DNA of 52,450 nt from a virus. Lineage: Duplodnaviria > Caudoviricetes. Shown piece after piece: positions 35,413 to 44,060 of this stretch. The DNA is taken from positions 1 through 52,450 of the IMG/VR virus record IMGVR_UViG_3300017909_003089. One strand, 5' to 3'. Position 1 is the stretch's first letter, and every line of letters starts with the position of its first letter. The position numbers and the translations under genes are program-made. The notes below the pieces were generated by a model. The model had not been told where the DNA came from. It ran no database searches and saw nothing but the letters and a program-made list of their open reading frames with translations.

Positions 35413-36620
35413 TGGTTCTTTTCATATTCATACACTTTTCTTTTATTATCTTGTAGTAAATATTCTGTGTCAATTAAATCTAATCTACCATCAAAATAAA
35501 GCTTTATTTGTTCCATCATATCTTGAGCTGTTTTTACAGGTACATTTTGACATATATGATTATATGAACCTCTAGGATTAATTAATTCAAAATCTTGAGG
35601 TAAATACATTATACTTAACATTTCTCTGAAAGTTAAATATCTATCTTCTACTGGATGTACTAAGCATGATGGTAAGTGTCCAACGAATGCTCCAATATAA
35701 TCATTAGGTAAAGTAAGAGTTCTACGCATAGTAAATCCTCCAGCCTTTTCTTTGTCTGACATTCTTTTTAATACTCTATGCCATCTCTTAGCACCATCAT
35801 CATCTCTTTTTTCTAGGTCAGAAATAATATCATCCCAAGCTTCAAACTTAGTACTTCCCATTCTATCTAAAATGGTATATAAATTTTCATTTGGTTTTTC
35901 TAGTGATTCTACAAATTCTTTATGTGTCATACCATGTTTATCTAATATCCAAGCATATACAGTATCATCAGATGGTTTATTTTGATTATAAACTTCTGAC
36001 ATAGGATCACCTTTTTTATTTTTTACTGATTTAAGTAAATCCTCAATTCTTTGATGCGGTCTATGGATATAATTGAATAAAGGAACTTTATTACCTTTCC
36101 AAAAGAAATAGAATGTTCTATCTCTGATTTGTGAATACCCTTGAATTTTAGATTTTGTTTTATATATTGAAAGTGTATATCCATGTTTCTTACCAATTTC
36201 TCTTAGCTTTTTAACAACTGGGATTCCAGTGCTTTGTGCTAATCTTGGTGCGTTCTCTCCCCAAAATACTTTAGGTTTAATATTACCTAATACATATTCA
36301 GCTGATTCATACATCCAATTATTTGTTGGATTATCTCCAGACGATGCTGGACTTAATGATGATAAACCTGCACAAGGACATACAGTATTAACTACATCAA
36401 CCTTCTTTGCTTTATACTTCGGATTTTCATCAAGCAATACATAATCGCCTTCCCAACCTTTTTTATTTAAATAATTAAGGTAATGAGCGTCATTCTTTTG
36501 AAAGTCAGAATATGATAATACCCACTCTGGGTGCTGTTTACCTAGGGCTTCAGATATACCAATACTCTCACCTCCTATCAAAGGTACTATTGAACCATAA
36601 GTTATATTTTTGCTATCCAT
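35385..36620 (-). CDS. Atypical C5-cytosine methyltransferase-fold enzyme
   Basis: CPCAGLS (motif IV), GENAP (VI), QIRDR (VIII), R.LTFRE (IX), QNVP (X); motif I degenerate (IVPLIGG). Confidence 0.8.
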   Translation of the reverse strand: MDSKNITYGSIVPLIGGESIGISEALGKQHPEWVLSYSDFQKNDAHYLNYLNKKGWEGDYVLLDENPKYKAKKVDVVNTVCPCAGLSSLSPASSGDNPTNNWMYESAEYVLGNIKPKVFWGENAPRLAQSTGIPVVKKLREIGKKHGYTLSIYKTKSKIQGYSQIRDRTFYFFWKGNKVPLFNYIHRPHQRIEDLLKSVKNKKGDPMSEVYNQNKPSDDTVYAWILDKHGMTHKEFVESLEKPNENLYTILDRMGSTKFEAWDDIISDLEKRDDDGAKRWHRVLKRMSDKEKAGGFTMRRTLTLPNDYIGAFVGHLPSCLVHPVEDRYLTFREMLSIMYLPQDFELINPRGSYNHICQNVPVKTAQDMMEQIKLYFDGRLDLIDTEYLLQDNKRKVYEYEKNHLQLDEFMV

Positions 36621-37041
36621 TTTTTACTCTCTCCCTTAAATCACTTGATGAAAACGAATGTCTTCTTTTATTGTAGTGTATTGGACATAGTCCTTTACCT
36701 GTGTGTTCTACATCTTTATATTCTTCACCTACAATACGAATGTCTGGATTAATTGTTAAAATCATATCAATAATTTCTTCTTCAGTCGTGAATGGTATAA
36801 CTTCGTCCACATAACGACATGCTGATAGTTGTACATACCTTTCAAAAGGACTTTGTATAGGTTTATTTTTACTGTCAGGTCTATCGACTGTTGGGTCAAT
36901 TAATAATCCTACTACTAAATAATCACACATTGCTTTTGCTTCTTGTAACATTACAATATGCCCTGCGTGAAATAAGTCAAAGGTAGAACATGTAAATCCG
37001 ACCTTAGCGTCTTCAGGTAATTTCGTTTTATCTAAGAACAT
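36613..37041 (-). CDS. TagD-like cytidylyltransferase
   Basis: TFDLFHAGH, ERYVQL, VDEVIP, SSSDLR. Confidence 0.88.
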   Translation of the reverse strand: MFLDKTKLPEDAKVGFTCSTFDLFHAGHIVMLQEAKAMCDYLVVGLLIDPTVDRPDSKNKPIQSPFERYVQLSACRYVDEVIPFTTEEEIIDMILTINPDIRIVGEEYKDVEHTGKGLCPIHYNKRRHSFSSSDLRERVKNG

Positions 37042-38078
37042 TCGTTTCTCCTCCAAAAATCAGCTTCCGCTTGTTGTACTTTATTAAGTATGAATTGTTT
37101 ATCTGGATGATATTTGTATACTCTAATTATTTCTGACTTAACTAAAATATTAATATCTTCTTCATCAAAATTATTATATGCACATAACGCTCTCATAGCT
37201 AAACAAGTCATATCATCATATTGATTAATATATAGTGATGCTATAAATTTAGCAACATCAAGTTCAGTACATCCAAATGTATCTAAAATAGGGTCAATCA
37301 AATATAATTCATCGTGTTTAAATAACATATTTTTAACACCAAAGTCACCATGTGAAAACGTTGGTTGTAAGTCTAGGTCTTTTAATCTTTGCAATGTGTC
37401 AGTAAATTCTGGTATATTTCCAGATAATTCAATATGTCCTTCAATTCTATTTACATAATCATCAAATGTGTAGCTATTTTCTAATACATCCATATTTGAC
37501 ATTCTATCTAATGATTCTTGTATTAATCCTAATGCTCTATATGTAAAATTATTTAAATAAAATTCATCATGGTCAATATATTCCATTGTAATTGTTTGAC
37601 CTACAACTCTATCAATTCTTGGAACATTTAAATAACCATTTACATAAGAGAACCACGCATGAGCTAGGTGAGCATTATTAGCAGTCTTATGTACTAGTTT
37701 ACCATCAGTATAAATGTCTGACCCTGATAAACCACCTTCAAGTTCTCTAATATCTGTAAGTATAAAATCTTCGGGAGTAATACCTTTATCATCAATATAG
37801 TAAGCACCTAATGGTTTATCAAAAGATAACATATTATAATTTACATTATGATTATCTAACCAATCTCTAATTTGGTCACCATACTTTTCTTCCGCCTCAT
37901 CTCTTGTTTTACATGATATTGAACCTCTAGCTGTAAAAATATCTACAGTCCAACCTTCTTTACTAAGTTTATTTAATTTATTAATTAAATCCATATTTGG
38001 CATTGCATTTTCCCAATCTCTATTTTTGGTAAATGCTATTGTGTCGTCAAAATCTACTATAAGTCTTTTATTGTGCAT
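37032..38078 (-). CDS. HAD phosphatase fused to APH/choline-kinase-like phosphotransferase
   Basis: N-terminal VDFDDT/FTARG/YIDDK; C-terminal GGLSG, HGDFGVKN, LIDP. Confidence 0.85.
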   Translation of the reverse strand: MHNKRLIVDFDDTIAFTKNRDWENAMPNMDLINKLNKLSKEGWTVDIFTARGSISCKTRDEAEEKYGDQIRDWLDNHNVNYNMLSFDKPLGAYYIDDKGITPEDFILTDIRELEGGLSGSDIYTDGKLVHKTANNAHLAHAWFSYVNGYLNVPRIDRVVGQTITMEYIDHDEFYLNNFTYRALGLIQESLDRMSNMDVLENSYTFDDYVNRIEGHIELSGNIPEFTDTLQRLKDLDLQPTFSHGDFGVKNMLFKHDELYLIDPILDTFGCTELDVAKFIASLYINQYDDMTCLAMRALCAYNNFDEEDINILVKSEIIRVYKYHPDKQFILNKVQQAEADFWRRNECS

Positions 38079-39327
38079 AAGTTTTTAATTCTTCCATAAT
38101 TTTATTATTTAAATATGAACCATCATAGTATTCATCTTTAAGTAAGTTATCAAGTAAATCTCTAAGTTCTTGGTAAGCTTTTGGTTTTTCTTCTAAGAAT
38201 TTAATTTTATTAAATAAATCTTGAGAATCTTTTACCCTAATAAATTCAGGTACTTTAAGATTATCTTGTTCATCATATGTTGGATGTAAGAAAGGTATAA
38301 TACCATAGTGTGCCATTTCCCATACCTTAGCTGTTACCCAACCTTTTTTAATTGGAATACAAAATGTGTACTTTACTCTTGGTAACATTTGCATTAATTC
38401 ATTAAACTTTTTTGGTCCTTTAAATCTTTTATCATCACCTATTGTGTCAGGATTCCATTGACCATAAATGTCAACATCTTCTACATGGTCAAGTATATAT
38501 TTCTTTAAGTCAGGATATCTTGATGGTTTACCTTCATTACATACAATCATAAATTGTATATCTTTACCATCAGATGGTTTTTCTTCACCAAAGAATGATT
38601 CTAAACTATTAGGTACTTCCTCTAACATTTCACCACGTTTTTTACCAATAAGAAATGTTGTTTCTAAGGCATCATAACTACATTCAATATTATGTTCTTG
38701 TCTTGTTGGATCATCATACCCTGCATAGTTTTTATGTACTACGGATTCATTATACTGTGAAAATATTTTTCTTGGTGGATTCCATAAGTCTCTCATTTTA
38801 CCTGGGTATAATCTAGGGTCGTTTAATAGCATTATCCATGGAATATCTTTATAATGATTAAGGTAATATATTGGTGGACCCGCATATCTTCTTTGCATAT
38901 CAAGTGGTTTGGCTAGTGTTGTATGGTCGTTCATTAATTTAGAATGACCATGAATATTTGAAGTAGCTGACATACCCATCATAAAAACACCAACATCTAC
39001 TTTATATTTAGGATCTTTAATTAATACATCTTCCATAAATTCTTGTCTATCACTAGCTGGATGATTACGACTCCATTTACCAGATTGTTTCCAATTAACA
39101 AAATGTTCCCATGCATTTGTTAAATTACCATGTTCATTTATTTCTTGTTGTCTGTTTAAAGGTAACCTATCATAATCTGATGGACATACTAAAACAAACT
39201 CATGCTCTGGATTACTACGAATTAAATGTTCAAATAATATTGGTGCTTCGTTATCTCCGCCTACAGCACCCCATCGATTACTATCAAATAATACTGACTT
39301 ACCTATTTTACCTACACCTATTTTCAT
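38068..39327 (-). CDS. T4 beta-glucosyltransferase-like (GT-B) DNA glycosyltransferase
   Basis: LNDPRL resembles BGT TDIRL; WVTAKVWEM resembles BGT FITLRVWE; located in the gp42 cluster. Confidence 0.65.
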   Translation of the reverse strand: MKIGVGKIGKSVLFDSNRWGAVGGDNEAPILFEHLIRSNPEHEFVLVCPSDYDRLPLNRQQEINEHGNLTNAWEHFVNWKQSGKWSRNHPASDRQEFMEDVLIKDPKYKVDVGVFMMGMSATSNIHGHSKLMNDHTTLAKPLDMQRRYAGPPIYYLNHYKDIPWIMLLNDPRLYPGKMRDLWNPPRKIFSQYNESVVHKNYAGYDDPTRQEHNIECSYDALETTFLIGKKRGEMLEEVPNSLESFFGEEKPSDGKDIQFMIVCNEGKPSRYPDLKKYILDHVEDVDIYGQWNPDTIGDDKRFKGPKKFNELMQMLPRVKYTFCIPIKKGWVTAKVWEMAHYGIIPFLHPTYDEQDNLKVPEFIRVKDSQDLFNKIKFLEEKPKAYQELRDLLDNLLKDEYYDGSYLNNKIMEELKTYAQ

Positions 39328-39572
39328 ATAAAGCTTTTCCATAAGTTATTTAGTAGGAATAATAATCCCATACCGTTTAAAAGTATTAGTGCTCTATCAT
39401 TCCAAATGAGTGATACCCATAACCATAAACCTATACCTACAATACTTAAATATAAATCAATCTGAGCATATTCTGATACACCACGAATTGACATTGCACA
39501 TAACACAATAATTGAAGCTACCCATTTTAAATACCAATCTAATGTGTATTTTGGATTACGGGGCTCGTTCAT
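39324..39572 (-). CDS. Small three-TM membrane protein
   Basis: DWYLKWVAS...WNDRALILLN. Confidence 0.7.
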   Translation of the reverse strand: MNEPRNPKYTLDWYLKWVASIIVLCAMSIRGVSEYAQIDLYLSIVGIGLWLWVSLIWNDRALILLNGMGLLFLLNNLWKSFI

Positions 39573-39993
39573 ATTCTACTCCTGCTTCTGCGAATAATTC
39601 TTGAGTTAACATATTACTTTCTAACCATCTTACAGGTACGTCTTGTATTGCTTTCCAAACAACTCTTTTTATACCTACTTGAATAATACCTTTGGCACAT
39701 TCACTACATACAGGTAATCCATATATGTACATTGTTGCACCATCTAATTCTGTACCGAAATATCCTGCATTGTAAATACAATTCATTTCAGCATGAACTA
39801 CATACTTATATTTTAAATCTCTATCTCTTAATCTATCTCTTGAATCTAATATCCCTCTAGGAAATCCATTGAATCCTTGTGCAATTGTTCTTTTATCTTT
39901 TACAGCGATACAACCAATTTTTCTACTTGGATCTTTTGACCAACTTGATACTTCTTTTGCGACTTCTAAAAATCTTTTATCCCACTTATTCAA
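39556..39993 (-). CDS. cd: dCMP deaminase
   Basis: SKDP, GFNGFPRG, HAEMN, PVCSEC. Confidence 0.92.
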   Translation of the reverse strand: MNKWDKRFLEVAKEVSSWSKDPSRKIGCIAVKDKRTIAQGFNGFPRGILDSRDRLRDRDLKYKYVVHAEMNCIYNAGYFGTELDGATMYIYGLPVCSECAKGIIQVGIKRVVWKAIQDVPVRWLESNMLTQELFAEAGVEYERAP

Positions 39994-40234
39994 ATAATAA
40001 ACTCCATTTCATTAATTTGTTTTTCTTTTCTTTCATACGGTCTTCAATTTGTTTATCAGTAACATAGTTATTCATTTTAAGAATTTCAATCATCATCATT
40101 ACATCGCCGATTTCATCTTGTAAATTTCTTATGTATTTAGTATCACCTTTTGTTCTGATTACTTTACTACATGCTTGAATGAGTTCACCGCATTCTTCCA
40201 TTGTAATTACTAAAGCCTCTTCGTGTTTTTTCAT
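39986..40234 (-). CDS. MazG-like NTP pyrophosphohydrolase
   Basis: MEECGELIQACSK...DEIGD. Confidence 0.8.
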   Translation of the reverse strand: MKKHEEALVITMEECGELIQACSKVIRTKGDTKYIRNLQDEIGDVMMMIEILKMNNYVTDKQIEDRMKEKKNKLMKWSLLFE

Positions 40235-40956
40235 TTTACTAAATCGAAGTGTCTCTCATACACATGTAGGTTTTGCACCTGCCAATAGATATATCCTAGT
40301 TCAGTTTTAATACCATTATAATATAAGTCAGTTTGTAACTGTTCTTGGACATGTCTTTGCCATGCATAATCATTTCTATAACCAAAGATCACATCATTAC
40401 TTCTCATTTGAACTGTAGCATGAAGCATATTATCTCTAATGTAATATGTAACAGCATTAGTGCAAATGAAATCGTTTTTACCATTTTCTTTGTATTCTTT
40501 CCATATACTTGGTCTTTGATAAACCATACACGCTCTACGTGATGTAGGGTTCTTAAGTAAATCATTCAATACTTTATCGTATTGCTTGTGATATTTACCT
40601 GAGTAAATTAGTTTACCATAATTAGAATTGATTTCACCATGTTTGTTTGCTGTATATTTCCAAGCTTGTGGTGGTTCTTTTTTAAATCCTTTATGCTGTA
40701 AGTATACACCATCTTCACCAGGTTTATTATATATGTCATTAATATTTGTTGACTTAGAGTTATACCAATCAATCTCTGCTTTAATATACTCTTCATTCGG
40801 AGTACCAAAGATAGCAGGTTTATCTGCAACAAAAGATGCACCTAGTATTTCAATAGTTTTTACACCAGTCCTATCTTGTACAAAATTACCAGCTTCTAAA
40901 TGTTTCTTAAAGACATCTCTTATGTCTGCTGTGTTATTCACTTGATACATTATCAT
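40231..40956 (-). CDS. gp42: dCMP hydroxymethylase (T4 gp42 homolog)
   Basis: DRTGVKTIEILGASFVAD, GEINSNYG, DFICTN, MRSNDVIFGYRNDYAW, LHVYERHF match T4 gp42, including the cytosine-specifying Asp. Confidence 0.9.
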   Translation of the reverse strand: MIMYQVNNTADIRDVFKKHLEAGNFVQDRTGVKTIEILGASFVADKPAIFGTPNEEYIKAEIDWYNSKSTNINDIYNKPGEDGVYLQHKGFKKEPPQAWKYTANKHGEINSNYGKLIYSGKYHKQYDKVLNDLLKNPTSRRACMVYQRPSIWKEYKENGKNDFICTNAVTYYIRDNMLHATVQMRSNDVIFGYRNDYAWQRHVQEQLQTDLYYNGIKTELGYIYWQVQNLHVYERHFDLVK

Positions 40957-41299
40957 CTCCTTTTAGACCAATATTATTATTTGAATTGAATGCATCTTTG
41001 TTTAAGTCTTGACCTGGAATACCATGTCTGCAATATGCAACAAAGAATGATGCATAATTAATTAAATCTTTTGCTGAATCTTCAAGTGATTCAAAGTTTG
41101 GTTCATAATCACTACTTTGCATAGCTTCCATAACGGATGCCATTCTTAGCATTTTTGCATGCATAATGTCATGAATGGTTGTGATACCATTCGGATAATA
41201 GTCAGCTTGAGTTATTTTAGAATTTGGATTCTGATAGTCGTTAGACTTTTGTGTTTGTAACTCTGCGCATTCTTGTAGCACTCTCAAAGATTCTTTCAT
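40934..41299 (-). CDS. Nucleotide-modification-associated alpha-helical protein
   Basis: KSNDY...ESLEDSAKDLINYASF. Confidence 0.7.
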   Translation of the reverse strand: MKESLRVLQECAELQTQKSNDYQNPNSKITQADYYPNGITTIHDIMHAKMLRMASVMEAMQSSDYEPNFESLEDSAKDLINYASFFVAYCRHGIPGQDLNKDAFNSNNNIGLKGDDNVSSE

Positions 41300-41321
41300 A
41301 ATTTCTCCATAATATAACTAT

Positions 41322-41350
41322 ATTATACCACAGTTTTGGTATAATGTAAA
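41322..41350 (-). promoter_or_regulatory. Sigma70-type early promoter heading the modification operon
   Basis: TTTACA-17nt-TATAAT with TGTGG. Confidence 0.85.
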
Positions 41351-41358
41351 TAGCTAAT

Positions 41359-41775
41359 TTAGCCTTTGTAAATAATACCTTGTTCATTCAAAGCTTTTCG
41401 ATTCCATAAGTGACCTTGCTCCGTATCATCTTTAGATTGACCTAAGTATGGCACAGCATGGAATTCATCAATTTGTTGTTGGTTTATACTATACTTAGAA
41501 TCTCCAATGAATAACTCTCCAAGTATTCTACCAAACTTACCTTTATCATGTGATACCATTTGGATTTCTTTACCATCTAATATTTTAATTAAGTTAGCCT
41601 TTGATGCTTTACCATAAAACTTTTCTTCTAAGTTTCTTGTTCTACTTTCTGGCGTATCAATACCCATCATTCTAACTCTTTGCTTTTTATAAACCATTCC
41701 GAATCCTAAATCAACATCAACATCAACTGTGTCTCCGTCAACGACTCGTGTAACTTCTACTTTATATCTATACAT
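41359..41775 (-). CDS. Thermonuclease (SNase-like)
   Basis: RVVDGDT, GIDTPE, KFGRILG. Confidence 0.9.
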   Translation of the reverse strand: MYRYKVEVTRVVDGDTVDVDVDLGFGMVYKKQRVRMMGIDTPESRTRNLEEKFYGKASKANLIKILDGKEIQMVSHDKGKFGRILGELFIGDSKYSINQQQIDEFHAVPYLGQSKDDTEQGHLWNRKALNEQGIIYKG

Positions 41776-41783
41776 TTTTTCTC

Positions 41784-42299
41784 CTATCTATAAAACAAAT
41801 GGTTGTCAATAGTAACCATGTGTTCAAGTTCAGATGCCCAATAAGGTAATATATAATCAGCATGATAATATAATGCCCCCTCAGTTATATCTCTATAACC
41901 TACCTCTAATAATAAGTCAGCTATATACAATGAAGTCATCCATGTTTTGGAATCAACAGGTTCATCAGATTTACCATCACAGTACCAACTGAACTGACAT
42001 TGATTTCTAATAGGAACTTCATTTCCTTTCCAATTAATTCTTGTCTTTGCTTGATATACTACATCACAAACTTTATTGGGAAATTGTTCATCTCTTACTC
42101 TATTTATAACAACATGTCCTACAGCGAGCTTTCCTGCAAAAGATTGATTAGCTGACTCAAAGTATATGTTTTGTGCCATGCAATATCTTTCATCTGAACC
42201 ATAAGCTTTACCACTTACCAAGAATACTATCATAAATGCAATAAACCATCCTAAGTATAGTATTCCTTTATCTTCATTTTTACCTTTACGTTTCATCAT
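41784..42299 (-). CDS. SleB-like cell-wall hydrolase
   Basis: CMAQNIYFES, VINRV, CQFSWYCDG, GALYYHA, HLFY. Confidence 0.88.
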   Translation of the reverse strand: MMKRKGKNEDKGILYLGWFIAFMIVFLVSGKAYGSDERYCMAQNIYFESANQSFAGKLAVGHVVINRVRDEQFPNKVCDVVYQAKTRINWKGNEVPIRNQCQFSWYCDGKSDEPVDSKTWMTSLYIADLLLEVGYRDITEGALYYHADYILPYWASELEHMVTIDNHLFYR

Positions 42300-42432
42300 A
42301 CATCTCATTTAATAATGGTTCAAATATTTCTCTTCTAAAGTTTTCGATATCCATAATGTTTGAACCTTTTGGCATTGATTTGCAATAATCGTCGTAAGCT
42401 TCATACAAATAGCTTTCATGGTAGTAAATCAT
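42286..42432 (-). CDS. Small hypothetical protein (48 aa)
   Basis: Hand translation MIYYHESYLYEAYDDYCKSMPKGSNIMDIENFRREIFEP... Confidence 0.55.
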   Translation of the reverse strand: MIYYHESYLYEAYDDYCKSMPKGSNIMDIENFRREIFEPLLNEMYDET

Positions 42433-43346
42433 AAGTTATTTCTAAACACAAATTCAATTGCCCTCTCTGCCTCCTTATACATATCACGTTTTAAATACCA
42501 ATTACCTGTATCACCATCTAAATCTCTACATAAGTATTCGACCTCTTTAGCTGTAATTGGATAACCTTTGCTCATTGCGTTACCAGCGGTAGATACCATA
42601 ATCTGATACATCTTTGCATACCACCCAGTATCTGTAATTGCTTTATATTCTTCTACTTGTTTTTTATTTACAAACGGACAATCTTGATAACCTGTCCAAG
42701 AATAGTTTGTATTATTGAGTTGACCTTTTCTATGTTCGATTAAACCTTGTTTAATTGCTTCAGGTAATCTATCAAAGAAGTTTTCGTTTGGAACAACATA
42801 AGGGTGAGTATCCATAAGTAAGTTAGGATCCATAATTTCACCATCATGTGAGAATATAAAATTAAAACTGTTTTCATATTTTGCTGGTATGTAATACATA
42901 CGACTCAAATCTTTTGTTTGAGCATCTGCTATATCGCCAATCTCTTTATTAAGAGCATACCAAAAGTGTTTAATTTTTTCTTTATCAACAAATGTTGTAA
43001 GTGGAAACACTAATCTGAACTTTGGCTTTTCTTTGGTAGATGATGCAGTAGAATAACATACATATCGATATTTAGAATATTTCTCTTCGATATTTTTCAT
43101 ATCACCTTCATAATCATCAACGTCAAGAATACCGAATCCACCCCAACCTGTTACATTATCATTACCTCTTGTAGTATCAGGTATGTAAATAGCTGGGCTG
43201 ATTAGTGGTGCATCCTTTTTAGTTGGATATTTTTTAGATTCTGATAACTTATATAGAATAGCTTCAAACTCATCAAATGAGTTGTAATCCATTCTTTTAT
43301 TTGTTTTGTTATCGTATATCGAATCAAATATCGTTAAACTTACCAT
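42429..43346 (-). CDS. PrimPol/AEP-like primase
   Basis: ILDVDD (DxD), YSTASS, KFRLVFPL, DLSRMYYIP; helical C-terminal domain. Confidence 0.7.
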   Translation of the reverse strand: MVSLTIFDSIYDNKTNKRMDYNSFDEFEAILYKLSESKKYPTKKDAPLISPAIYIPDTTRGNDNVTGWGGFGILDVDDYEGDMKNIEEKYSKYRYVCYSTASSTKEKPKFRLVFPLTTFVDKEKIKHFWYALNKEIGDIADAQTKDLSRMYYIPAKYENSFNFIFSHDGEIMDPNLLMDTHPYVVPNENFFDRLPEAIKQGLIEHRKGQLNNTNYSWTGYQDCPFVNKKQVEEYKAITDTGWYAKMYQIMVSTAGNAMSKGYPITAKEVEYLCRDLDGDTGNWYLKRDMYKEAERAIEFVFRNNL

Positions 43347-43734
43347 GATTTCCTTCGTGTGATGGCGCCTCCCAACCTTCTGGTTTAACCAAGTCAGGTA
43401 CACCTAATGGGTTTGGCCTGGTTGGTTTTACTCCTACTTCTTTTGCCATGTTTGCTTTAAGAACTTCGTCCCATGCTTTATATGGGTCAACTCCGAACGC
43501 ATCAAGAGTACCAATAGCGACAACACATAAATCAATTAATCCATCAACTATTTCTTCAGGATCTTTTATTGCATGTGCTTCTCTAGTTTCATCTAGTTCT
43601 TCTTGTAAAAATCCAATACGAAACTTTAGGAATGCTCTGAGTTTTTCGGGATCATTACGATTATCCCATACCCAATCCCTAGTCTTGTATTTAGTTTGCA
43701 TATCATGTATATCTTTTACCCAGTCTTTACTCAT
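43324..43734 (-). CDS. All-alpha NTP pyrophosphohydrolase (candidate dCTPase/dUTPase)
   Basis: QEELDE, EIVDGLID, ANMAK, KPEGW. Confidence 0.8.
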   Translation of the reverse strand: MSKDWVKDIHDMQTKYKTRDWVWDNRNDPEKLRAFLKFRIGFLQEELDETREAHAIKDPEEIVDGLIDLCVVAIGTLDAFGVDPYKAWDEVLKANMAKEVGVKPTRPNPLGVPDLVKPEGWEAPSHEGNHGKFNDI

Positions 43735-44006
43735 GTTACTATCTTCTTTTCAGGGGTTACGATGCCAGAATCCATTTGCCTTACTTGGTCAATCAATTCA
43801 TCAATAGGGTCGACAACAAATACAATAAATTTATTATCGATTTCTATTCCATCTTTTGCTTTAGTATAAGCCATGAATGGCATAAATCCAATTCTTCCTT
43901 CTCCCGCAGGGATTAGAGAATATCCATCTTTTATTGTAATGGTATTAGTACCTTGTGTTACTTTACCAATAACTTCCTCTCCTGAGGAAAATCTAACTAA
44001 TTTCAT
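43731..44006 (-). CDS. Conserved T4-like small beta protein
   Basis: KLVRFSSGEEVIG, GFMPF, GIVTP. Confidence 0.7.
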   Translation of the reverse strand: MKLVRFSSGEEVIGKVTQGTNTITIKDGYSLIPAGEGRIGFMPFMAYTKAKDGIEIDNKFIVFVVDPIDELIDQVRQMDSGIVTPEKKIVT

Positions 44007-44027
44007 TTTTTTTCTCCATAGTTATAT

Positions 44028-44056
44028 ATTATACCACAGTATTGTGATAATGTAAA
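44028..44056 (-). promoter_or_regulatory. Sigma70-type early promoter
   Basis: TTTACA-17nt-TATAAT with TGTGG. Confidence 0.85.
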
Positions 44057-44060
44057 TAGT

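Noticed and set aside
40231-40956. Thymidylate synthase ThyA
   Set aside because: Has Asp (RNDYAW) at the specificity position and matches gp42 throughout. A dCMP hydroxylase variant cannot be excluded without an assay.
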